Source: Rhodothermales bacterium
GTDB lineage: Bacteria; Bacteroidota; Rhodothermia; Rhodothermales; Bin80
Assembly: GCA_965219915.1 (NCBI GenBank)
Contig: OZ244794.1
Location: forward strand, 579,343-643,342
Length of the DNA: 64,000 nt
Direction of reading: 5' to 3'
A program made the translations under genes and the position numbers. Positions 57,128 to 64,000 of the stretch are shown in pieces. The notes below the pieces were generated by a model. That model ran no database searches. It saw nothing but the letters and a program-made list of their open reading frames with translations, and was not told the origin of the DNA. How positions within the stretch are numbered: position 1 is the stretch's first letter; each line of letters begins with the position of its first letter.

Positions 57128-57835
57128 CTATTCGGGCCGCTTGGCCAAGGTGTATGTTGTCAGCAGGAAAGCAAATCCTGTCAGTGACAGGTAGTACAGA
57201 ACATCCCGTGTATCAATGACACCTCGCATAAGGTTCTGGAAGTGATAATCTGCTCCCAGGTATTGCATTATTACTCCTAGTTGACCGGGCACAAAATCTG
57301 TGATTTTGTCGAGCAGAAACAGGACAAAGATGATCGCAAACCCCAGGATGAATGCAACGATCTGATTGCGGGTCAAACTGCTGGCCCAAATACCGATGGC
57401 ACCGTAGGTAGTCCCCAACAGAAAGAGCCCTAGATACCCCCCGACTGTTCCACCTAAGTCCAGATCGCCAAGAACGGCCAGTGTGAGTGCGTATACGACG
57501 GTCAGTGCGATAGCCAATAACAAAAGGAGTGCCACGGAGAGAAGTTTACCTAGAATGACCTGCCAGTCACGTATGGGTAGCGTCAGTAGCAATTCCAATG
57601 TTCCGGCACGGCGCTCTTCTGCAAATGTCGACATGGTCAGGGCCGGCATGAAGAAGAGGAATATGAAGGGTGCAATCGAAAAAACAGAGTGAAGTGAGGC
57701 CACATTCTGCAAAAACAAGGCGTTGCCGAAAAACCATCCAGTGATGGCCAGGAATACGCACAACACAACGTAAGCTGCGGGTCCGTCAAAATAGGCCCTT
57801 AATTCACGCTTCGTGAGAGTCCAGGTTTGGTTCAT
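57128..57835 (-). CDS. ABC-2 type transporter permease (GldF-like)
   Basis: A six-TM hydrophobic protein with FAEERRAGTLELLLTLP, the conserved ABC-2 motif. Confidence 0.8.
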   Translation of the reverse strand: MNQTWTLTKRELRAYFDGPAAYVVLCVFLAITGWFFGNALFLQNVASLHSVFSIAPFIFLFFMPALTMSTFAEERRAGTLELLLTLPIRDWQVILGKLLSVALLLLLAIALTVVYALTLAVLGDLDLGGTVGGYLGLFLLGTTYGAIGIWASSLTRNQIVAFILGFAIIFVLFLLDKITDFVPGQLGVIMQYLGADYHFQNLMRGVIDTRDVLYYLSLTGFAFLLTTYTLAKRPE

Positions 57836-57880
57836 TATTGATAGTTAAACGTCGTACTAGGAAGTAGATATCTTCGGTGC

Positions 57881-58804
57881 TCACCCGCCGGTCAGCTGGC
57901 GGAAAACATCTTCCAGGTTCTCATGTCTCCGGGAGAGGCCGGTGAGCGTCCATCCATTGCTGACAGCCAACCGGTATAGATCGGCTCGAATATCACTCGA
58001 GGAATTCAGATTGAAGTATGCCTCTCCATTGACATCTGTGCCGTGTTCGACAACTTCGGCCATATCCCAGGTGCCGAGTACGCCTGCAACATCCTCCTCA
58101 TTATCGATCAGTGTGATTGAGACATGCTCGCCAGCCGAGAGATTTGCTTGGAGTTCTTCGGGGGTCCCGTCGGCCACCAGGACACCATTGTCGATGATGA
58201 TAACACGGTCACAGGATGCCTGTACTTCGGGTAGGATGTGTGTCGAAAGGACGACCGTCCGCTCCTTCCCGATGGTTCGAATGAGTTCGCGAATTTCTAC
58301 AATCTGGTTGGGGTCGAGGCCACTGGTTGGCTCATCCAGAATCAGTATCGGCGGGTTATGAATCATAGCCTGAGCGAGGCCAACCCGTTGCCGAAAGCCT
58401 TTGGATAAAGCATCTACGCGCTTTGAGAGAACTTCCTGCAGACCACATGCGTGTGTCATTTCTGCGATACGGTCAGCACGATCATCTTTCTGAACGCCGC
58501 GCATTGCAGCCACGAATTCCAGATAATCGTAGGTAACCATATCCGAGTAGAGGGGTGTGCTCTCGGGCAGATACCCAATTTGGTGACGCACTTCAAGTGT
58601 GTTTTCGCGGATATCCATGCCATCAACAAAGATGGTTCCCTCATTGGGAGGCAGGTAACCGGTCATTACTTTCATGGTTGTGGTTTTTCCAGCGCCATTC
58701 GGACCCAGAAAACCAACCACTTCTCCTTGGTTCACTTGAAAGGATATTGAGCGCACGGCCTGAACGGGGCCATACGATTTGCTGAGATTTCTAACCTCGA
58801 TCAT
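57881..58804 (-). CDS. ABC transporter ATP-binding protein (GldA-like)
   Basis: From the ATG at 58804 the translation is MIEVRNLSKSYG. Also present are GPNGAGKTT, LSKGFRQRV and LILDEPTSGLD. Confidence 0.9.
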   Translation of the reverse strand: MIEVRNLSKSYGPVQAVRSISFQVNQGEVVGFLGPNGAGKTTTMKVMTGYLPPNEGTIFVDGMDIRENTLEVRHQIGYLPESTPLYSDMVTYDYLEFVAAMRGVQKDDRADRIAEMTHACGLQEVLSKRVDALSKGFRQRVGLAQAMIHNPPILILDEPTSGLDPNQIVEIRELIRTIGKERTVVLSTHILPEVQASCDRVIIIDNGVLVADGTPEELQANLSAGEHVSITLIDNEEDVAGVLGTWDMAEVVEHGTDVNGEAYFNLNSSSDIRADLYRLAVSNGWTLTGLSRRHENLEDVFRQLTGG

Positions 58805-59277
58805 GTGACAAGTTGGATCAAACGCCGTTTTTACGCATCTAGGCAAATGCTGTGCCAAGATGGCATGCGCACATAAAAACGTTTGAAAGATCGAGTTTAG
58901 TTTGCGACTGGAATGCTAGGGTCGGCTCGGGCACACAAATATACGCACAATTAGCTCTTAGCCACGAACCTTGCCGTCATTTTATCTGCTATTTTGGCAG
59001 GTAAGTGTGACAAATCAGGCGAAGTTTTCAAGTATCAAAGCAGCAGTTTCGTTGTTTGAATTTACTCATAGTCTTGGGGCAAGCGGAATCTGGAAGGGTG
59101 GCACGTGCAATATGTCATAAACTGCCGCTTTTAAACATACAAACGGCTATGAGCCCATGTTGCATTCTAGTTTTGGCATCTGTAAGTTATCCTGCGTTGG
59201 TAGATTGGGTTGGGGAGTTGTTTGCTTCTTTCGGGAACGCCAGCCTTGTCTTGGACTATTAATCTATTTTTTGACCC

Positions 59278-59739
59278 ATGAAACATCCTTCGTTCCTGGC
59301 CTTGATCGGCCTAACTATTGCTTTTGCCGGCTCCCCTGCGGATGCCCTTTCCCAGTCTCTCTTGAGTCGTCCTGTAGCGGTTCTTAGTCTCGACATTGAC
59401 AAAATGCCTCCGTGTGATTCGGTGGAGGCTCAGGCACCACGCGTTGCTTGTTACGATGACGTCAAACACAAAACTGTTCCAGTTGACAAAAGGGAACGCT
59501 CATTTCGATTGCGGGTCTCAGAGACCGGGGACGCGGAACTGTTGTTTGAGGAACTCGCAAAGAATTCGCCAGAGGAATATAGATGTGAGCTGCCGAGAAG
59601 CCCATCCCCCGAGGAACGGGCTGAATTGAAAAAATGCATGGACAAGTTTCCTGATTGTGATAAGAAAAGGTGGGAGGACGGTGAGGACGGGGGCTTGATC
59701 TTTATTTGCAAATGTAGGTGCTTGTTTAGCAGTTGCTGA
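59278..59739 (+). CDS. Secreted Cys-rich hypothetical protein
   Basis: Signal peptide MKHPSFLALIGLTIAFAGSPADA. It has ten Cys, including a C-terminal CKCRCLFSSC. It is followed by a strong terminator. Confidence 0.5.
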   Translation: MKHPSFLALIGLTIAFAGSPADALSQSLLSRPVAVLSLDIDKMPPCDSVEAQAPRVACYDDVKHKTVPVDKRERSFRLRVSETGDAELLFEELAKNSPEEYRCELPRSPSPEERAELKKCMDKFPDCDKKRWEDGEDGGLIFICKCRCLFSSC

Positions 59740-59768
59740 CGCTTTCTTTGCGGAACCTTCCAGTAGGG

Positions 59769-59816
59769 GGGCTACTTTTCAACCATTATTGGTCGGAAAG
59801 TAGCCCATTCTTTTTT
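59769..59816 (+). terminator. Rho-independent terminator
   Basis: A 10-bp stem gggctacttt (59769-59778) pairs with aaagtagccc (59797-59806). It is followed by attctttttt. Confidence 0.6.
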
Positions 59817-59926
59817 CTGCTGGGTTTGAGGCCGTGTTTGCTTACCAATAGACCGTAAGCGGCAGCGGCCTCTGCATTGGGTGCTCTTTCTCTAGTACCT
59901 TATGCGGCTTCGGCCCGCGAGGTACA

Positions 59927-61025
59927 GTGCATATAATTGTAAATCCACTGGTGCTCTCGGGAGACGGCGATGAGAGAAAGGCTGTGCAGGAGGCCGCAGC
60001 GGACTATTTTGCGGCAGATAATACCGGGGACGCCCTTTTTGGAGGGCCCGTGCCGGATCGTGGTGTGGATCCGGCACTGTATGCGGCAGACGGGAATCTC
60101 AGCGCATACATGAGGAATCTGGACAATACATGCCGGGCGGGGAATTTCTCGGATTGCGGAACCAACGCGTACGAGAAGAGCCTAGTGCTTTCGGGAGCCG
60201 TCTGGTCATTGCGCGGCAGGGCGCCCCTGGATGCACCGCGGGCCACGAAGTTGTTCTATCGCGCACTGGCCATGAAACCGCAGCCGCCGAATTTTGCAAC
60301 CGTCGCCAGAAATATGCACAAAGCAGCTGCCACCTTGAGTGAGCAAATTGCGATATACGACGTGTTCTCGGATCGCCTTGAGCTTGGCCCTATGTGGCCG
60401 ACCGAACTGGTCGCCACATGCAGCACATCGGGCAACATTGTGCTCACCTGGACGGACACGGCCTCGAACGAAGCCGGCTATGAGGTCGTGCGGCAAACCG
60501 ATGACGGAGCGCGGAAGGTTGTGGCGCGCATCGGTCCAAACGTCGAAACGTATTCCGACACCGGTGCGTCGTGCGGAGGCAGTTCACAGACGACGTATTC
60601 CTATCACGTGATCGTATTCAGCACGTCCGGTTCGGCGAACACCGATACGCTGCGGACGGTGTCCGTGCCAGCCACATATCCCGCAAACCAGAGCAAGAGT
60701 CAACTCCGAGCGTCAAGTCCGGTTGTACCGGAAGCCCTCCAGACCGATTAACCGGTAACATTTGCAACGGAGCTGCGCGGCGTGTATCCGAACCCGTTCA
60801 ATCCTGTAACCACCGTATCGTATGCGCTGAAGGAAGAGGATCAGGTGAGCTTGGTCGTCTACAACGTGCTGGGCCAAAGAGTAGCGGTGCTGGTGGATGG
60901 CGTACAGGCGGCAGGAGAACACACCATTGCGCTCGATGGGAACCGGCTGCCCAGCGGGCCGTATTTTTTTGCGTATGGAAACGTCTGCCTATCGGCAGAC
61001 CCGCATGATCATGCTGGCCAAGTAG
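59927..61025 (+). pseudogene. Decayed copy of a gluzincin-like metallopeptidase C-terminal part + FN3 + T9SS sorting domain
   Basis: Homology to the 63101+ gene starts just after where HEYAH should be (this copy reads VHIIVNPLV). There is an in-frame TAA at 60749-60751 (GAA in copy 2). Removing one T from the T7 run at 60964-60970 restores a canonical T9SS end, PYFLRMETSAYRQTRMIMLAK-stop, at 61023-61025. Confidence 0.65.
59937..60799 (+). repeat. Segmental duplication, copy 1 (pairs with 63141-64000)
   Basis: Colinear nucleotide similarity. The 3-prime ~380 nt (FN3 plus linker) are near-identical; the 5-prime part is much more diverged. Confidence 0.85.
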
Positions 61026-61055
61026 CCACAGGACCCCCAATTGCCCCCTTTATTC

Positions 61056-62912
61056 ATGCAATTACAGCGATCCCTCCTGTTGATACCGGGATTGATTGCA
61101 CTGCTGCTGGTGCACGCACCGGCGGAAGCGCAGTCCTTCGGACCGGCGACATGGATCCGGCAGGCCTGGATCGCAGGGGACGACTTCATTCCCATGGATA
61201 TCACCATTGGTCCGCACGAGGAAGTCTTTGTGACGGGCCTGGTGAGCGTGGGAAAAGATGCCTGGTTTGAGGCTTCGGCGGATTCAGCGGATATCCGCAT
61301 GCTGGACACGCCAGTCGGCGGTGCCGGGTTTCTGGTTCGATACGATGGCGAGACCGGCAAACTGGGATTCGTGCAGCCAGGAAGCGTGCTCCCCGTTGAG
61401 CCCTCGTCTATTGCCAGTGATTACAGCACCGGCTACTCCGTCGCCGTGGTCGATGGTCGTCTGTTCCATGGCGAAGGTCTCGGACCAAATGAGGGTTACA
61501 GGACGGGCTCGGCCATGGTTACCGTGCGTGATCTGGAGGGCTCGGTACAGTACCGGATCGGACCACGCGAGCGTAGGCCGCTAGCGTGGACCATTTACAT
61601 ACAGGGGATCCGCTCCGACGCGCAGGGCAATCTCTATCTGGCCGGCACGTACAGAGACACGCTTTACTTTTCGCCGGATGTGGTTCTGGCTCCGTCCAGA
61701 AGCTTCCACCACCATACATGGGATGTATTCGTGGCCAGCTACGCGCCGGACGGCATGGTGCGCTGGGCACGCCAGGTAGAAAGCGGCCCGGGCGACCTGT
61801 GGATTTCGAACGGGTGGTTCGGCAGGGCAGCCTTTGACGTGGATGCAGCAGGCAATATGGTGCTCGGGGCCGTCGCCGATGGCACGCCGCCTCCTGCATT
61901 CAGTACTGCGGAAGACGGCGTCGTGCTGGCGCATTACGGCAGCAGCGACGGCGCACTGCAACGCATTCAAACGCTGAACGATCTGGGAATCTCCTACACC
62001 CCTTCATTCAGTACGCTGCGCAATAACATGGGCCCGATTTACCGCGGCTTTGCGTACACTTACGTGGCGATTCCGAAAAGCATTCGTCTTGACAGGGGCG
62101 GGAATATGTACGCGCTGTGGCGCAAGAGGACGGCTAATGCCGCATTATTCAATTCGCTGACGGTTGGCGATACGACGCTGCACCGCCGGCAGGAGGTGTA
62201 TATATATGTCCTGACGAAGTTTGATGCACAGGGGACGTTTTTGTGGGCCCGGAGGCTGGACAGCGATTATGTGGTGTCCCCGGGCGGCTTGGAGGTCGCA
62301 GAGAATGGCCACGTATATGTGTGGGGATTTTTCCAGGGGCGTTACGTCGAGATTGAGGGAGTGCGGTTGACGCAGGAAGAAGCCGAGGGTTATGACAGCT
62401 TCGTGGCGCTCTACGACGAAAGCGGCCATCTCGTGCGGGCGCTCCATCTGGAGACCACCGGTGACATGGGGGATTTTATTGAAGGGGTGGCGATAGGGGC
62501 TTCGGGAGACGTATATGTGAGTGGTAGTTTCACGGCCGATCGGGTGATTTTGGGTGCGGATACGCTGTACGCCCGGGGCGAAGGCAACCTGTTCATCGTC
62601 AAATACGGCGCCACATCCCTGTCGTCGGAGGCCTCAGTTGAGATCCCCTCCGGGGAGATCAAGGTGTCGAATTATCCCAATCCGTTCCGCCACAGGGCGA
62701 CCATCGCGTACCGCGTGCCCGCGCCGGGCCATGTCCGTCTGACGGTGTACGACGTGCTTGGACGCGAGCTGGCCGTGCTCGTGGACGAACGGCAAAGCGC
62801 CGGATCGCACTCCGCAAAGCTGGACGCGTCCAGTTGGCCGAGCGGCGTATACCTGTACCGCCTCGAGGTCGGCAATCAGGTTGCCACAGGCCGGCTGGTG
62901 CGTCACAAATAA
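61056..62912 (+). CDS. T9SS-secreted protein with SBBP-like beta-propeller repeats
   Basis: From the ATG at 61056 the signal peptide is MQLQRSLLLIPGLIALLLVHAPAEAQ. Repeated D(A/S)xGNxYxxG motifs are present. The C-terminal sorting domain is YPNPFRHRATIAYRVP ... GVYLYRLEVGNQVATGRLVRHK. Confidence 0.8.
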   Translation: MQLQRSLLLIPGLIALLLVHAPAEAQSFGPATWIRQAWIAGDDFIPMDITIGPHEEVFVTGLVSVGKDAWFEASADSADIRMLDTPVGGAGFLVRYDGETGKLGFVQPGSVLPVEPSSIASDYSTGYSVAVVDGRLFHGEGLGPNEGYRTGSAMVTVRDLEGSVQYRIGPRERRPLAWTIYIQGIRSDAQGNLYLAGTYRDTLYFSPDVVLAPSRSFHHHTWDVFVASYAPDGMVRWARQVESGPGDLWISNGWFGRAAFDVDAAGNMVLGAVADGTPPPAFSTAEDGVVLAHYGSSDGALQRIQTLNDLGISYTPSFSTLRNNMGPIYRGFAYTYVAIPKSIRLDRGGNMYALWRKRTANAALFNSLTVGDTTLHRRQEVYIYVLTKFDAQGTFLWARRLDSDYVVSPGGLEVAENGHVYVWGFFQGRYVEIEGVRLTQEEAEGYDSFVALYDESGHLVRALHLETTGDMGDFIEGVAIGASGDVYVSGSFTADRVILGADTLYARGEGNLFIVKYGATSLSSEASVEIPSGEIKVSNYPNPFRHRATIAYRVPAPGHVRLTVYDVLGRELAVLVDERQSAGSHSAKLDASSWPSGVYLYRLEVGNQVATGRLVRHK

Positions 62913-63100
62913 GTCGCGGCCCCCAGCTGCTGCCCAGCGAAATCTACCACTCCGAACGCTTCTAAAACAGTTTCCGGAACACCTCCCCTCCGGTTTATGC
63001 GCGTGGCTTTTGACATGCACGAAGATGCCGTGCGGATCCTCGCGCTGCGTCAGGTCAGCTACAATGTACAATCGCAACTACATGTTGCGGAGCCGCTGCC

Positions 63101-64000
63101 ATGTCCAATGAGGTCGTCATGCACGAGTATGCGCACCTAGTTGTAAATCCACTGGTGCCCCCGGGACGTAGTCGAGGAACGGTTGATGAGCGAAAGGCTG
63201 TGCAGGAGGCCGCAGCGGACTATTTTGCGGCAGATGCGACTAGGGACGCCCTGTGGGGAGGGCCCGTGCCGACTCGTGATGTGGATCCGGCACTGTATGA
63301 GGCAACCGGGGATCTCAGCGCATACATGAGGAACCTAAACAATAAGTGCCTGAAGGATTACGAGCTGTGCGGAGGCGACAACGAGTACGAGAAGAGCCTG
63401 GTGCTTTCGGGAGCCGTCTGGTTATTGCGCGGCATAGTTTCCTCGACCACGCAGTACTTTTATCGCGCACTGGCCATGGAACCGGGGCCGTCGAATTTTG
63501 AAGCCGTCTACGATAATATGTACGCAACTGCTGGCGAGGGCGAGAAAGGTGCGATACATGGAGAATTCTGGGATCGGCTTGTAATTGGCCCTCTGCGGCC
63601 GACCGAACTGGGAGCCAGGTGCAGCACATCGGGCAACATAGTTCTCACCTGGACGGACGAGGCCTCGAACGAAGCCGGCTATGAGGTCGAGCGGCAAACC
63701 GATGACGGAGCGCGGCAGCTGGTGGTGCGCCTCGGTCCAAACGTCGCAACGTATACCGACACCGGTGCGTCGTGCGGAGGCAGTTCACAGACGACGTATT
63801 CCTATCACGTGACCGTATTCAGCACGTCCGGTTCGGCGAACACCGATACGCTGCGGACGGTGTCCGCGCCAGCCACATATCCCGCAAGACAGAGCCAGGG
63901 TAAACTTCGAGCGTCAAGTCCGGTTGTACCGGAAGCGCTCCAGACCGATGAACCGGAAACGATTGCAACGGAGTTGCGCGGCGTGTATCCGAACCCGTTC
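63101..64000 (+). CDS. Metallopeptidase-like (HExxH) + FN3 + T9SS-domain protein; partial at window end and apparently lacking signal peptide and N-domain
   Basis: MSNEVVMHEYAHLVVNPLV ... KAVQEAAADYFAA has HExxH plus a downstream Glu, gluzincin-like. The FN3-like part is NIVLTWTDEASNEAGYEVERQ. The last codons, YPNPF, begin a T9SS domain. The reading frame opens only at 63014, after a TGA. Confidence 0.6.
   Translation, partial: MSNEVVMHEYAHLVVNPLVPPGRSRGTVDERKAVQEAAADYFAADATRDALWGGPVPTRDVDPALYEATGDLSAYMRNLNNKCLKDYELCGGDNEYEKSLVLSGAVWLLRGIVSSTTQYFYRALAMEPGPSNFEAVYDNMYATAGEGEKGAIHGEFWDRLVIGPLRPTELGARCSTSGNIVLTWTDEASNEAGYEVERQTDDGARQLVVRLGPNVATYTDTGASCGGSSQTTYSYHVTVFSTSGSANTDTLRTVSAPATYPARQSQGKLRASSPVVPEALQTDEPETIATELRGVYPNPF
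63141..64000 (+). repeat. Segmental duplication, copy 2 (pairs with 59937-60799)
   Basis: See copy 1. The offset is about 3.2 kb, in the same orientation, and the copy runs off the window. Confidence 0.85.

Noticed and set aside
60782-61270. A 162-aa ORF listed as a separate gene, overlapping the start of the 623-aa gene.
   Set aside because: Its first ~60 residues are the T9SS sorting domain of the decayed copy-1 gene in the same frame. The remainder is out-of-frame read-through after the T7 run.
62758-63111. A 117-aa ORF bridges the 623-aa gene end and copy 2, and a 48-codon ORF from 62997 (MRVAFDMHEDAVRILALRQ...) might be a missing N-terminus of the copy-2 protease.
   Set aside because: The first overlaps a well-supported T9SS domain out of frame. 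The second would add only ~35 residues, has no signal-peptide character, and is in a different frame from HEYAH.
1-64000. CRISPR arrays, rRNA or tRNA genes, transposases, integrases or reverse transcriptases anywhere in the window.
   Set aside because: I found no regularly spaced short direct repeats, no T-arm/acceptor-type sequences, and no DDE, tyrosine-recombinase or YxDD motifs in any listed ORF. This was a visual scan only, so tRNAscan-SE, Infernal and ISfinder searches should confirm it.

Overview
This 64 kb window comes from a moderately GC-rich chromosome. Inference: the host is an FCB-group bacterium (Bacteroidota, Rhodothermota or Balneolota-like), because two or three genes end in T9SS C-terminal sorting domains and a GldG-type ABC cluster sits next to htpG. 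Most of the window is ordinary exported glycan and sulfated-polymer catabolism. It holds three formylglycine-type sulfatases, a GH10 xylanase, DUF1080, ThuA and CBM9-like proteins, and a Gfo/Idh/MocA oxidoreductase. It also holds a PVC-type heme-binding CxxCH protein, a PSCyt/DUF1549/DUF1553 plus DUF1501 pair, and an SDR plus ribose-type ABC transporter plus sugar-phosphate isomerase operon. A FAD-oxidase/Fe-S/UPF0261/creatininase operon and housekeeping genes (htpG, eda, ROK kinase, PLP decarboxylase, S9 peptidase) complete the core. I saw no rRNA, tRNA or CRISPR array. Four accessory patches stand out. (1) Positions 1-5870 form an AT-richer islet with a decayed methyltransferase-HNH gene, small orphan ORFs and a 636-aa membrane protein (nuclease-fold-like, glycine-zipper, coiled-coil) bracketed by two diverged copies of a ~180-bp element. 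(2) Positions 26883-29874 carry a MerR regulator plus a signal-peptide-less VIT-vWA protein, inserted against the local gene orientation. (3) Positions 41686-45012 encode an 1108-aa fusion of a Cas4-like nuclease, an RNase H-like domain and an SF1 helicase. (4) Positions 48970-50461 hold an orphan 245-aa gene behind a 750-bp strongly G-poor leader. At the right end, two 5-prime-truncated copies of a metalloprotease-FN3-T9SS module flank a beta-propeller T9SS gene. All family names come from motif recognition by eye; no database search was run.
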